Shown: positions 34,098-43,993 of the stretch, piece after piece
Position numbering within the stretch: position 1 is the first letter of the stretch
Layout of the letters: each line of letters opens with the position of its first letter
Assembly (NCBI GenBank): GCA_963833225.1
Contig: CAWHXD010000008.1
Coordinates: forward strand, 416,001 to 480,000
DNA from: an uncultured Chloroflexia bacterium
GTDB taxonomy: Bacteria > Chloroflexota > Limnocylindria > Limnocylindrales > CSP1-4
DNA: 64,000 bases
Reading direction: 5' to 3'
The notes under the pieces: generated by a model
What the model was told of the DNA's origin: nothing
What the model saw: only the letters and a program-made list of their open reading frames with translations
Databases searched by the model: none
Translations under genes and position numbers: made by a program

Positions 34098-35090
34098 ATG
34101 CGCATCAATCGAGGGCTCCTGGGCTGGGGCGTGTTCTTCATCGTGCTGGGCGCCGTGCCCCTGGCTGTCCGCGCCGGGGTGCTGGACCGGGACCTCGTTG
34201 GCCGGGCGTGGGAGCTGTGGCCCCTGATCCTGGTGGGGATCGGCCTCGGCCTCGTGCTCGAGCGGACGCAGCTCGCCGTGGTCGGATCGGTCGTCGTGGC
34301 GGTGACCTTCGGCCTCATGGGTGGTGCGCTTGTCGCGACGGGCGTCGGCTCTCCGGTCGGGTTCACGACCTGCGGCTCCACCGGGAGCGGCGACCGCGGT
34401 GAGCCCTTTGCCGCCAGGGGCGGATTGCTCGGAGCGGACACCCAGGTGCGGCTGGACTTCAGCTGCGGGGAGCTCGTGGCGGCGGCCGTCGACGGCACCC
34501 AGTGGAAGCTCGATGGGCGCTCGGCGGGCGGACAGCCGCCCGAGATCGGCACGACATCCTCGGGCCTCGTCCTGCGGACGCCGTCGCGCAAGGGCATCGA
34601 CCTGGGGTCGGAGGCGTGGCAGTGGAACCTGTCGCTGCCACGGGCCGGAGCCATCTCGGTCGGCATGTCCCTGAATGCGGGCTCCGCCGACATCCGGCTC
34701 GACGGCATGACCGTGCCCGCGTTCGACGTGTCGGTCAATGCCGGCGACGCCCACGTGGACCTGGGGCAGGCCGCCGGGACGACCACGGTCAGCGGGTCGG
34801 TCAACGCTGGTTCGCTCGCGATCACGCTCCCCCGGCCCACGGGTATCCTCGACGGGAGCCTGTCGGTGAACGTCGGCTCGCTCGAGCTGTGCGTGGCGGC
34901 CGGGACGCCGATCCGGCTCCGGACCGGGGACTCGCCGCTTGGATCGAACAACTTCGCCAGCCGTGGACTGGTCCGGACCGGCAACACGTGGATCTCCGAC
35001 GGGTTCGACGGCGCGGCGGACGCCGTGGACCTGCGCATTTCCGCCAACCTCGGCAGCGTGACGCTCAACCCGGAGAATGGCTGTGAATGA
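34098..35090 (+). CDS. LiaF/DUF5668-like membrane protein with C-terminal beta-repeat domain
   Basis: WELWPLILVGIGL TM motif; repeated (V/L)NAG(S/D) beta units. Confidence 0.7.
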   Translation: MRINRGLLGWGVFFIVLGAVPLAVRAGVLDRDLVGRAWELWPLILVGIGLGLVLERTQLAVVGSVVVAVTFGLMGGALVATGVGSPVGFTTCGSTGSGDRGEPFAARGGLLGADTQVRLDFSCGELVAAAVDGTQWKLDGRSAGGQPPEIGTTSSGLVLRTPSRKGIDLGSEAWQWNLSLPRAGAISVGMSLNAGSADIRLDGMTVPAFDVSVNAGDAHVDLGQAAGTTTVSGSVNAGSLAITLPRPTGILDGSLSVNVGSLELCVAAGTPIRLRTGDSPLGSNNFASRGLVRTGNTWISDGFDGAADAVDLRISANLGSVTLNPENGCE

Positions 35091-35730
35091 CCGGCTCTAC
35101 CGACATCCATCGGACCGCGTGATCGCCGGCGTCGCCGGTGGTCTGGCGACCTGGCTGTCCATCGATCCGTCGCTGGTGCGGGTCGTCTGGGTCCTGCTCG
35201 CGATCTTCTCGGGCGGCCTGTTCGTCCTGGTCTACATCGTGATGATGTTCGTGGTGCCGCTGCCGCCAGCCGGATGGATCCCGCAGCCGCGCGGCTACGC
35301 GGGATCGGGACCGGGCCCCGGCCAGGGTTGGCAGCCGGGGGCCCCCTGGGGAGAGGGGCCGTCGTCCGGATGGGGTGCAGCCGCTCCCGGGGGCGCGCCC
35401 GGGTCGGCGGGTCAGCCATCCCCGCAGGGACCTGACCAGGGTTGGCCCGCCCAGCCATCCCCGCCGGGGCCGGCCGACGGCTGGCCCGCCCAGCCGACCC
35501 CGCAGGGGCCCGCCGGCGGCTGGCCCGCGCAGCCGACCCAGCCGGCGTGGACCGCGCCCCGGCCCGGCAATGCGGGCCTGGTCGCCGGCGTGATCCTGGT
35601 CGCGCTGGGGGTGTGGTTCCTCATCGACCAGTACGTCCGGATCGACTGGGACTTCATCTGGCCGGTCGTGATCATGGTCGCGGGCGGGGCGCTCATCGCC
35701 GGGGCGCTGATGCGCAGCCGGTCCGGCTGA
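35083..35730 (+). CDS. PspC domain protein with C-terminal LiaI/LiaF-like TMs
   Basis: RLYRHPSDRVIAGVAGGLA...IDPSLVRV; GWPAQP repeats; WDFIWPVVI. Confidence 0.88.
   Translation: MNDRLYRHPSDRVIAGVAGGLATWLSIDPSLVRVVWVLLAIFSGGLFVLVYIVMMFVVPLPPAGWIPQPRGYAGSGPGPGQGWQPGAPWGEGPSSGWGAAAPGGAPGSAGQPSPQGPDQGWPAQPSPPGPADGWPAQPTPQGPAGGWPAQPTQPAWTAPRPGNAGLVAGVILVALGVWFLIDQYVRIDWDFIWPVVIMVAGGALIAGALMRSRSG
35400..35545 (+). repeat. Intragenic 39-bp tandem repeat (GWPAQPxPxGPxx)
   Basis: Three to four degenerate copies of GGCTGGCCCGCCCAGCC... Confidence 0.7.
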
Positions 35731-35755
35731 GCCCGGCCGAGCGCCACGCCGCCAG

Positions 35756-36850
35756 GTGGACTCCGTCACGTCCATCCTCGCCCTGTGCGCCTTCGGAATC
35801 GGCGCCGGTCTGTTCCTGCTGTGGCGCGGGTTTGGCGGATATCGCACGGCGGCCGTCATCAGCGACACCGCGACCTCGAGCATCGAGACGCTGGCCGCGG
35901 GCGAGGTCCGGATCACCGGCAGCATCGAGTCCGCCGAGGTGACCCTGGTCTCGCCGCTCCAAAGCGTGCCGTGCGTCTGGTACCGCGCCCGGGTCCGCTC
36001 AACCGGGCGAGACGATCGCGAGGTGTTTGCGGAGGAGCGGGCGGTGGGCTTCCGGGTCCGTGACGCGGAGGGGTCGATCCGGGTCTTCCCGGCCGGTGCG
36101 CGGCTTGGCGTCTCCAACCGGTTCCGGGGCCGCACCGGGCTGATGGGCGACCCGCCTGCGGGACTTGACCTGCGGTCCGGCGGCGCCTTCGGTCCGGCCG
36201 TGGGGCCCGATGGGGAGACGCCCATCGACCGCGAGGCGGCGATCGCCGCCCTTCTGACGGTCCACCAGCCGAGCCCGGACGATCCCGATCTCAATGGCTG
36301 GAGCGCACCCTTTGGCGTGAGCGACGACGGGGGTCGCGACTACGAGGAGGCGCGCCTCGAGATCGGCGACACCGTGACCATCGTCGGCACGGCGCTCCCC
36401 TTCGGTCACCTCCGGGACCCGTTCGGCGCCGACCGGATGGACCGTGCCGGGGACCCGCTCGGCGGGCTCGACGACCCCGACGTGGCCGCCGAGGTCGCCG
36501 CCGCGCGCGCGTCCGGCACGCTGCTCACGCCCGAGGAGGCCTGGGGCAACGCCGCGATCCCGGGGTTTGGGATCGGACGGCCGGTCCGTGCGCCGGAGCT
36601 GGACCCCGAGGCGCACCGCCCAGTCATCGTCCCGGAGGGGGCGGCCCAGGCCGCCGCCCGGTTCGACATCGGACCCGACACCCTGGTGATCGCCGCCGTT
36701 GACGGCGCGCCCCTGATCATCGCCGAGGGCGCGCCGTCGATCGCCGCCGCGCGCGAGCAGGGCCAATTCCTGCTGGGCCTGCTCGGCGCCGTGCTCGCCG
36801 TCGGGTCCGCGATCGTCGGGGCCGTCATCCTTGGAGGCCTGCCCGCATGA
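35756..36850 (+). CDS. GIDE-like domain membrane protein
   Basis: N- and C-terminal TMs; LVSPLQSVPCVWY, FRVRDAEGSIRV, EARLEIGDTVTIVG; coupled to lemA. Confidence 0.7.
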   Translation: MDSVTSILALCAFGIGAGLFLLWRGFGGYRTAAVISDTATSSIETLAAGEVRITGSIESAEVTLVSPLQSVPCVWYRARVRSTGRDDREVFAEERAVGFRVRDAEGSIRVFPAGARLGVSNRFRGRTGLMGDPPAGLDLRSGGAFGPAVGPDGETPIDREAAIAALLTVHQPSPDDPDLNGWSAPFGVSDDGGRDYEEARLEIGDTVTIVGTALPFGHLRDPFGADRMDRAGDPLGGLDDPDVAAEVAAARASGTLLTPEEAWGNAAIPGFGIGRPVRAPELDPEAHRPVIVPEGAAQAAARFDIGPDTLVIAAVDGAPLIIAEGAPSIAAAREQGQFLLGLLGAVLAVGSAIVGAVILGGLPA

Positions 36851-37422
36851 CCCCCGCCGCCCTCGCCGCCCTGTTCTCGATCGCCGTGCTGGCGCTGGTC
36901 GTGCTGTTCGTGGCCGTCTCGACGTACAACGCGATCGTGGCCCTGCGGAACCGGATCGAGAAGGCCTGGGCGAACATCGACGTCGCGCTCAAGCAGCGCC
37001 ACGACCAGCTGCCCAACCTGGTCTCGGCCGTGCGCGGCGTGATGGCCTTCGAGCGCGACGTGCTCGAGGAGGTCACGCGGGCCCGGGCGGCCTACCGTTC
37101 GACCGACCCGGTCCCGGCCCAGGCGGCAACGTCCGAGGCGACGTCGCAGGCGGTGCGCCAGCTGTTCGCCGTCGTGGAGCGCTACCCGGAGATCAAGAGC
37201 GCCTCCAACGTGGCGTCGCTCCAGGACGAGATCGCCCGGCTCGAGGATGTCATCGCCGACCGGCGCGAGCTCTACAACGACCAGGTGTTCCGGTACAACA
37301 CCCGCATCGGGCAGGTGCCGGCGAACCTGCTGGCGGGCCTCGCCGGCTGGACGCCGCAGCCGTTCTTCGCTGCTGACGATGGGGAGCGCGCGAAGCCGGT
37401 GGTGGAGCTGGGGGCCGGCTGA
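36847..37422 (+). CDS. lemA: LemA family protein
   Basis: YNAIV, AWANIDVALKQRHDQLPNLV, ERYPEIK, RRELYN. Confidence 0.93.
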   Translation: MTPAALAALFSIAVLALVVLFVAVSTYNAIVALRNRIEKAWANIDVALKQRHDQLPNLVSAVRGVMAFERDVLEEVTRARAAYRSTDPVPAQAATSEATSQAVRQLFAVVERYPEIKSASNVASLQDEIARLEDVIADRRELYNDQVFRYNTRIGQVPANLLAGLAGWTPQPFFAADDGERAKPVVELGAG

Positions 37423-37552
37423 TCGCGGGTCGCGGCGCCTGAGCGCGGATCGCGGCGGCTGATCCACGAGCATCGGTCGGCTGGCGGGCCCTTCTGATGG
37501 TAGATCGAGGTGGCCCTTGACGCCCGGCAACAGCCCGCGAACATTGCGATCC

Positions 37553-38056
37553 ATGAGTTGGCTCGACGCGGTGCTCCTCCAGTTGTCCCCGGCCCTTGTC
37601 GTCCTGTCGGTCCTGCTGGTGATCGTTCCGTCGTTGCGCCGGCGCGGCTCGTGGCGCGGGATCGGGGCGGCCTGGCTTGCCACCTTCGTCGTCACCGTCC
37701 TCGTCGCGGTCACCCACCCCGACGGGTGGACACTGAACTGCGACGGGCTGGGCATTCTCCCTGGTGGCTGGTACATCGTGGCGGGTTCGAACGCGCCATG
37801 TACCGCGTCGAACGCCCTGCCACCCTGGCTCGTTGCGCTCGCGCCGCTGGCCGGGATCACCATCCTGGTCGCGTGGGTCGGGCGCCACACCCGCCCGCTG
37901 CCGATCGCCGCGCGGACGGTCGGCGGGCTGGCCGCCGTGGTCGTGTTCATCATCGCCTTGGGACAGGTGAACGGAAACGCTGCCCTGCTCGCTGTGATCG
38001 TGGTCGCGGCGGCCGCCTGGTTCTGGCCGCGCGTCCGGCGACCGATCGCCGCCTGA
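37553..38056 (+). CDS. Hypothetical membrane protein
   Basis: Several TM segments; loop with two Cys. Confidence 0.65.
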   Translation: MSWLDAVLLQLSPALVVLSVLLVIVPSLRRRGSWRGIGAAWLATFVVTVLVAVTHPDGWTLNCDGLGILPGGWYIVAGSNAPCTASNALPPWLVALAPLAGITILVAWVGRHTRPLPIAARTVGGLAAVVVFIIALGQVNGNAALLAVIVVAAAAWFWPRVRRPIAA

Positions 38057-38091
38057 TCGCGGGGCGCGACGCTCGCCATCGCGGGTCGTGT

Positions 38092-38173
38092 CGCTCGCTA
38101 CCCAGGTCGCGACGGGCAAACGTGGTCGCGACGCTCGCCACCCAGGACGCGACGGCGCAAACGGTGGTCGCGA
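38092..38173 (+). repeat. Intergenic ~41-bp tandem duplication
   Basis: CGCTCGCTACCCAGGTCGCGACGGGCAAACGTGGTCGCGA then CGCTCGCCACCCAGGACGCGACGGCGCAAACGGTGGTCGCGA. Confidence 0.75.
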
Positions 38174-38268
38174 GGGCGTGATCGCGGGCCGCGACGGCGC
38201 GATGCGCGCGTCGCGACGCCTCGAACGCCCGGCGCGACGGCGGGAACGCCCGGCGACTCCTCGAAGCG

Positions 38269-38399
38269 CCAGATATCACCCAGGACCGCTGCATCGACCG
38301 CGCACGGCCCCACGGTGCCCTCAATACCAGCCAGGAGTGATGCAAGGGGCCCCTCGCGACGAGGATCGCGTTGCTGGAGCAGGCGGGACCGATATCTGG
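38269..38399. repeat. ~130-bp inverted-repeat element, copy 2
   Basis: (GCG)CCAGATATC ... GATATCTGG(CGC) ends; internal boxes colinear with 7845-7974. Confidence 0.65.
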
Positions 38400-38508
38400 C
38401 GCAAACGCGGGGCGGCGGCGGGCCCCTTCGCGCCTTCCCCCCCGAGTCACCGCGCCGTCACGGATCACGCATAGACTCTGGTCCACATCGAGGAGGTCGT
38501 CCCCCACC

Positions 38509-39168
38509 ATGTCGTTCCTGTTCCGCCAGCCATCCATGCCCGGCGAGTCCCAGCTCCTGCCCGGCCGCCCCGATCCCATCGTGGTCCCGGGCGCCCACTT
38601 CGTGAACGGCCGCGCGCTGGCCGGTCCTTATCCCGAAGGGTTCGAGATCGCCGACGTCGCCATGGGCTGCTTCTGGGGCGCCGAGAAGAAGTTCTGGGTC
38701 ATCCCCGGCGTGTGGGTGACGGCCGTCGGATACGAGGGAGGCGGTACGCCAAACCCCACCTACCGCGAGACGTGCACCGGGCAGACCGCCCACGCCGAGA
38801 CCGTCCGGATCGTGTTCGACCCAGCGGCCGTCAGCTACGAGCAGATCCTGCGGACGTTCTGGGAGTCACACGACCCCACCCAGGGCCACCGCCAGGGCAA
38901 CGACGTCGGCACCCAGTACCGGTCCGCGATCTTCGCCCACGGCGAGGCGCAACTGGCTGCCGCGCTCGCGTCTCGCGACATGTACCAGCGCGAGCTCGCC
39001 AAGGCCGGCTTCGGCGCGATCACGACCGAGATCCGCGGGGCCCCCGAGTTCTTCTTCGCCGAGGACTACCACCAGCAGTATCTCGCCAAGAACCCGAATG
39101 GGTACGACTGCCACACCGCGACGGGCGTGGCGTGCCCGATCGGGACCGGTGTGACGACGGCGGGCTGA
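38509..39168 (+). CDS. msrA: Peptide-methionine (S)-S-oxide reductase
   Basis: [37 protein letters not shown]. Confidence 0.96.
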   Translation: MSFLFRQPSMPGESQLLPGRPDPIVVPGAHFVNGRALAGPYPEGFEIADVAMGCFWGAEKKFWVIPGVWVTAVGYEGGGTPNPTYRETCTGQTAHAETVRIVFDPAAVSYEQILRTFWESHDPTQGHRQGNDVGTQYRSAIFAHGEAQLAAALASRDMYQRELAKAGFGAITTEIRGAPEFFFAEDYHQQYLAKNPNGYDCHTATGVACPIGTGVTTAG

Positions 39169-39416
39169 TGCCGACAGCTGGCCCCCTGCGGTGGAAGGAC
39201 GCGCAACGGTTGGTGGATCACGAGTGGCTCGACCCGCCGCTCGCCGGCGTCTTCCATGATCGGAGCCTCCAGGTCACGGCGCGGCTGCGGGTGATCGGCG
39301 CCGCCCGCCGCCCCCGGTCGGGAGAGCGATACCTCCTCGTCCAGAACGGCGGGAGCGGTGCAGGCTGGTGGCGGGCAGACGACATCGAGCTCCTCCCCGA
39401 CGAGCCTTCACCCTAG
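39168..39416 (+). CDS. Small hypothetical protein coupled to msrA
   Basis: TGATG stop/start overlap; 82 aa. Confidence 0.55.
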   Translation: MPTAGPLRWKDAQRLVDHEWLDPPLAGVFHDRSLQVTARLRVIGAARRPRSGERYLLVQNGGSGAGWWRADDIELLPDEPSP

Positions 39417-39514
39417 GACCGCGCGGACCGCGCATGAAACCCCGACGGGTAGCAGTGTGATACTTCCACCGGCGTCGCCTGTCCGATCGGGCTGGGCTTC
39501 ACAGGAGGGAGCAC

Positions 39515-39952
39515 GTGGGGCAGCAGCGCGACGCAGGCCAGTGGGCGCTGGGGCATCGCGGCTGGCGAGATGCCCGCAAGGCGGGCCTCGCCCTCCTCGC
39601 CTTGGGCCTGCCGTTCGCAATGATCATGCTGTTCCCAAGGCTGGGCCCCGCGTGTGCGGACGGGGCCTCGTGCGAGCTGCCCTCGCCGGTCGCGCTCCTC
39701 AGTCGCGGCTTCGTGATGTTCTCGGCGTTCTGGCTGCCGGTCCTTGCGGTCTTGGCGATATGGTCTCGCCAGCTGCTGGTGCTCCTGGCGGTCGGGGGAC
39801 TTTCTGTTGCCATCCTGACGGCGGTGATGACCAGCCCACTGAGCGACCTGCTCCGGCCACTCGGCCTTGCCGACCTGCCGGTGTTCGCGCACTTCGGGAT
39901 CTCGGCACTGATCGTGGGTCTGTTGGCATTGGCCGATCTCCGGGGACGGTGA
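39515..39952 (+). CDS. Hypothetical membrane protein
   Basis: AGGAGG upstream of GTG; about 4 TMs. Confidence 0.6.
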   Translation: MGQQRDAGQWALGHRGWRDARKAGLALLALGLPFAMIMLFPRLGPACADGASCELPSPVALLSRGFVMFSAFWLPVLAVLAIWSRQLLVLLAVGGLSVAILTAVMTSPLSDLLRPLGLADLPVFAHFGISALIVGLLALADLRGR

Positions 39953-40155
39953 TCCGTCGCGAATCCGGTCGCCTGATGCTTGGCCCCCGCGTCGAGCGGA
40001 CCGGTGACCTTCCCGTCCGGGAACCCGAGCGGAGACGACTGCCACATGGAACGGGCGTCGCGCGCCTGTCCGTGGCCGATCGGAGTCCGCGTGGTGGTAC
40101 CGACGAGCCACCCGCGGCGTCGGCGATCCGTGGCAACCGGTGAGATGATCCGGGC

Positions 40156-40464
40156 ATGAAGCGTGTTGAGTTCCTCTGGTTCGACGGCTGCCCAGGGCAC
40201 GAGACCGCTCGAGCCCTGCTGGACGACGTCATCGCCAAGGTGGCGCCGGGCACACCCGTGGAGTCGGTCAACGTGTCGGATCCGGCGGTCGCCGAGGCCC
40301 GCGCCTTTCCTGGCTCGCCGACGATCCGCGTGGACGGCCGCGACATCGACCCCGACTTCCGGGACACCGGCGACTACACGCCCCGGTGCCGCCTGTTCCG
40401 CACGCCGGACGGCCTGCGTGGGGTGCCGCCGCGCGAGTGGATCGAGGCCGCCCTCCGTCAGTAG
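40156..40464 (+). CDS. Thioredoxin-like protein (DF family type, Cys form)
   Basis: FDGCPGH, FPGSPTIRVDGRD, CRLF. Confidence 0.78.
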   Translation: MKRVEFLWFDGCPGHETARALLDDVIAKVAPGTPVESVNVSDPAVAEARAFPGSPTIRVDGRDIDPDFRDTGDYTPRCRLFRTPDGLRGVPPREWIEAALRQ

Positions 40465-40484
40465 CGCAATGACCGAACGGTGGG

Positions 40485-41186
40485 TCAGGCCTGGTCCCCG
40501 GCGGAGAGGTCCTTGTCCTCCATCTCCCACGCATGGTCGAGCGTGTGGAAGGCAGAGTGCCGGATGAGGAACGGCAGCGTCCACGACCGCATGCGCCGGG
40601 TCACCTCCCCGGCGTGGTACGCGCGCATCGCCGCGACGTAGGTCTCCCGATGGTTCCGCAGCCCCTCGGGAGTGAGCGCCGCGCCCTCCGGGATCCGTAA
40701 CCCGACCTTCCTCGCGAAGTCCTCGCTCTCGGTGCGGATGGTGTGGCGGATGATGTGGTCGCGGTCGCGTCCACCCCCGCGCGGGCCCTTGCGCATCTCC
40801 GGGGAGACCCGGGCCGCGATGCCGTCGAAGAACGCCCAGCAGGCCTGCAGCAGGGTGATCCCGCGCTCGAGCTCCGCCTCGCCCATCGGGCCCTGCTCGA
40901 CCGTGCACGGCGAGAAGGAGATGCCCCAGAAGTCGGTCGAACCGGTTCCGACCTTGTCCTCCACGACCTCGAGCGCACCGGCAGCATCGAACTCGGCCAC
41001 CATGCCGGCGAGGCTCGCGACGGGTCGGTAGCGCTCCCGGTAGGACTCGAGCATCTCCAGGGCGAGCTCGGCGCTCTTCGCGCCCCGGCTCCAGCCGGGC
41101 CAGTCGATGGCGAAGGCCACCGACCGCTTCTCCTTGGGGCCGCGTTCGATGACAGTGCGGACAGGCATGGCCGAGTTTGGCTCCAT
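40485..41186 (-). CDS. Hypothetical protein (possibly DinB-like C-terminus)
   Basis: DWPGWSR; RHSAFHTLDHAWEMED His-rich terminus. Confidence 0.7.
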   Translation of the reverse strand: MEPNSAMPVRTVIERGPKEKRSVAFAIDWPGWSRGAKSAELALEMLESYRERYRPVASLAGMVAEFDAAGALEVVEDKVGTGSTDFWGISFSPCTVEQGPMGEAELERGITLLQACWAFFDGIAARVSPEMRKGPRGGGRDRDHIIRHTIRTESEDFARKVGLRIPEGAALTPEGLRNHRETYVAAMRAYHAGEVTRRMRSWTLPFLIRHSAFHTLDHAWEMEDKDLSAGDQA

Positions 41187-41747
41187 TACGTGGCGGCGTA
41201 GCCGAGATACATGGCGCCGGACGCGAACGTCCGGGTCTCCAGCAGCCGGAGCGCGGTCAGGCGGTCGAGTCCGGGGAAGAACGGCGTCCCGGCCCCGAGG
41301 ATCACGGGATGGACCACGAGCCGGAACTCGTCGATGAGGCCGCGCTCGATGAAGGCCGAGGCGAGCGTCGGGCCGCCGACATCGAGGTCGCCGTCGAACT
41401 CCTGCCTGAGCCTCGCGAGCGCCTCGCCGACGTCACCGGCGACAAGGCGGCTGTTCCACTCGACGCTGGTCAGGGTGGTCGAGAACACGATCTTCGGCTT
41501 CGCGGTCCAGATGTCGGCGAACTCGAGCATCGACGGCGTCGCCGAGGGATCGGACGCGGCGGTGGGCCAGTAGGCCGCCATGAGCTCATAGAGCCGGCGC
41601 CCGTACAGGAATGCGTCCGCGGCGCGCGACTGGTCGTTGAACCAGCCGTGCAGCTCATCGTCGACCAGGCCCCAGCTCGAGCCCGTGGTCGGGCGTCTCG
41701 ATGAACCCGTCCAGCGAGACGTTCATCGAGTAGATCAGCTTGCCCAT
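41186..41747 (-). CDS. Dihydrofolate reductase/RibD C-terminal family protein, +1 frameshift near 41676
   Basis: KLIYSMNVSLDGFI, LYGRRLYE, GLIDEFRLVVHPVILGAG. Confidence 0.85.
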
Positions 41748-41835
41748 CGACCGATCATACGGGGGTCGTCATCATGGCCGCCTTGGGCAGCCGCCCGGGC
41801 ACGCGGGCGGCGCACCGCCGATGGAGGGTTCGAGA

Positions 41836-42322
41836 ATGGCAGACCCAACGGGCAATGAGCAGGCGGCAGCAGTCGAGCCCGGCGATCCGCAACCCGTCTT
41901 CGTCCCGGCGGGCTCGGGCAGGGTGCTGGACTTCCTCGGGGTGACGCACCGGCTCACGAGCGAGCAATCCGGGGGTGCCATCTGCATCTTCGAATCGTCG
42001 TTCGAGCCGGGAGACGGCAACCGGCTCCACGTGCACAGCCGCGAAGACGAGATCGCGTATGTGCTCGAGGGGGCGCTGGAGGTTCGCCTCCCCGATCGGA
42101 CCGCCATCCTGGAGGCGGGCGGCGTCGGGACGCCTGCCGAAGGGCCTTCCCCATGCGATCCGCAATCCGCTCGAGCGGTCATCGCGCTACCTGTTCCTGG
42201 CCGTTCCCGGTGGGATCGACCGGTGGTTCGATGCTGTCGCCGAGGCCAACGCCAAGGGTTCCCTCGACGATGGGCTGTACCGAAGGCTCTCCGACGAGTT
42301 CGGGCTCGGCTGGCTGGAGTAG
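41836..42322 (+). CDS. Cupin domain protein, +1 frameshift near 42129
   Basis: LHVHSREDEIAYVLEG then PKGLPHAIRN in the shifted frame. Confidence 0.8.
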
Positions 42323-42463
42323 CCGGGTCGGTCGCCCGGCCGGCCGGGCGAGCTGGGGGCCCAGCGAGCGGCCTGTGACCAGCGTCGCGACCCGCCCGGC
42401 GCTCGACTACACTTCGGGCATCAAGGGCGGTTGATCCTGCGAACTACCGGAAGCGTTCCGCGC

Positions 42464-43303
42464 ATGACCCACCTCGACGACGATCCCCGCGTCATCGCCC
42501 CCCAGGCGCGCGAGTACAACGCGACGCTGGTCAAGCGCGTGGACTACACGCCGGAGCTCGCCTCGTTCTGGATCAAGGCCGACGAGACCGCGCCGTTCAA
42601 GGCGGGCCAGTACGTCACCGTGGGCATCGTCGCGGACCACCGGCTGTGGCAGCGTCCGTACTCGGTGGCATCGCCGCCGCGAGTGGCCGCCACCGAAGGC
42701 TACGAGCTCTACGTCCGGCACATCCCGGTCGTCCGCTTCACGTCGCTCCTGTGGCGCCTCCAGCCCGGTGCGCGCCTGGAGGTGAGCAAGCCCGAAGGCG
42801 GGTCCACCCTTGAGCCGGCGGATCACCGTCCCCGCCTCTACGTGTCCGGGGGCACCGCGATCGCGCCCATGATGTCGCTGTTGTGGGAGCGGCTGATGAC
42901 GGGGCGACCGGTCGACACCGTGCTCGTCAACGGCGTCTCCTACGTCTCCGACCTCGGCTATCGCGATGTCCTGGAGGGACTGGAGAGAGACGGCACCTAC
43001 CCCCTGCACTACGTGCCCACGATCTCCCGGCCCGACGACCCGCGGAACCACGGATGGCGGGGGCGGATCGGCCGCGTCGAGGACGTCCTTGAGGCCGTCT
43101 GCTCCGTGCATGGGATCCAGGGCGACAGGACCGTCGCCTACGTGGCCGGGAACCCGGACATGGTCGACGCGGTCACCGGGATGCTCGAGGCCCGTGGCTT
43201 TCCACTCCAGTCCGTGCACCGCGAGCTGTACTGGCCCAAGGGACCGGAGCGCCCGGAGTGGATGCGCCGCTCGCCGCTCAAGGACATGACCGGTGCGGAC
43301 TGA
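42464..43303 (+). CDS. Ferredoxin--NADP reductase family FAD oxidoreductase
   Basis: FKAGQY, RPYSVAS, GGTAIAP, PTISR, AGNPDMV, ELYW. Confidence 0.88.
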   Translation: MTHLDDDPRVIAPQAREYNATLVKRVDYTPELASFWIKADETAPFKAGQYVTVGIVADHRLWQRPYSVASPPRVAATEGYELYVRHIPVVRFTSLLWRLQPGARLEVSKPEGGSTLEPADHRPRLYVSGGTAIAPMMSLLWERLMTGRPVDTVLVNGVSYVSDLGYRDVLEGLERDGTYPLHYVPTISRPDDPRNHGWRGRIGRVEDVLEAVCSVHGIQGDRTVAYVAGNPDMVDAVTGMLEARGFPLQSVHRELYWPKGPERPEWMRRSPLKDMTGAD

Positions 43304-43309
43304 GTCAGC

Positions 43310-43888
43310 TCAGCCGGTCTCCGCTGCGGCGCCCGGCCCCGCGGGCTCCCGCAGGATGGCGCGGCACAGGACAGCCTGCTCCCGGGCATCGTCGAGCGCC
43401 TCGTGGGTGTGCGGAAGATGGACGGGATACCGCTCGAGCATCCGGACGCGACCGGTTTCGCCCCAGCGCGAAATCTCGGGCAGGTTGCGCCCGAGATAGA
43501 GAGCCTTGATGTCGAGCGCCGAGGGGCCGAACGGATTGCGCCCCAGGTACCGCCAGAACGCGTCGGCCATGAACATCCAGTCGAACGCCGCGTTGAGCGC
43601 CACGAACACAGGGCGCGATCCGGCGGGCACGACCTCCCGGAGCCAGGCGTCGAACCTGGCCAGTCCCACGGCGGGCTCGAGGCCGTCGCGCTCGAGCGTG
43701 GCCCGGTCGAGCCCGTGGATCGCCTGGGCGTCGTCGGTCCACGGGAGCCCCGGCTCCGGGCGCAGGTGGATCTCGATCCCGCGCGTCTCGTCCTCGACCA
43801 GGCAGGCGCCGATGGCGAGCAGGCTGCCGGTGTGCGGCGTGGGTCCCGACGTCTCGACGTCGACGCTGATCCAGGTCTCGGCGACCAT
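43310..43888 (-). CDS. DEDDh 3'-5' exonuclease (resembles Rv2179c/RNase AS family)
   Basis: ExoI DVETSG, ExoII NAAFDW, ExoIII HEALDDA; GAAGGAGG RBS. Confidence 0.88.
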   Translation of the reverse strand: MVAETWISVDVETSGPTPHTGSLLAIGACLVEDETRGIEIHLRPEPGLPWTDDAQAIHGLDRATLERDGLEPAVGLARFDAWLREVVPAGSRPVFVALNAAFDWMFMADAFWRYLGRNPFGPSALDIKALYLGRNLPEISRWGETGRVRMLERYPVHLPHTHEALDDAREQAVLCRAILREPAGPGAAAETG

Positions 43889-43993
43889 TGGCCTCCTTCG
43901 AGTTGGTGTTCGCCGGATACTAGCGAGGACCGGCATCCAGGGGCGCCGGGGGCACGCGCAGCGAGCCGGGCGACCCCGCTGGAGGAACGTGGC

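Noticed and set aside
38092-38173. Possible mini-CRISPR array
   Set aside because: Units are contiguous with no unique spacers, only two copies, and no cas genes
40156-40464. Selenoprotein candidate (this family has Sec members)
   Set aside because: No in-frame TGA; both relevant positions are Cys
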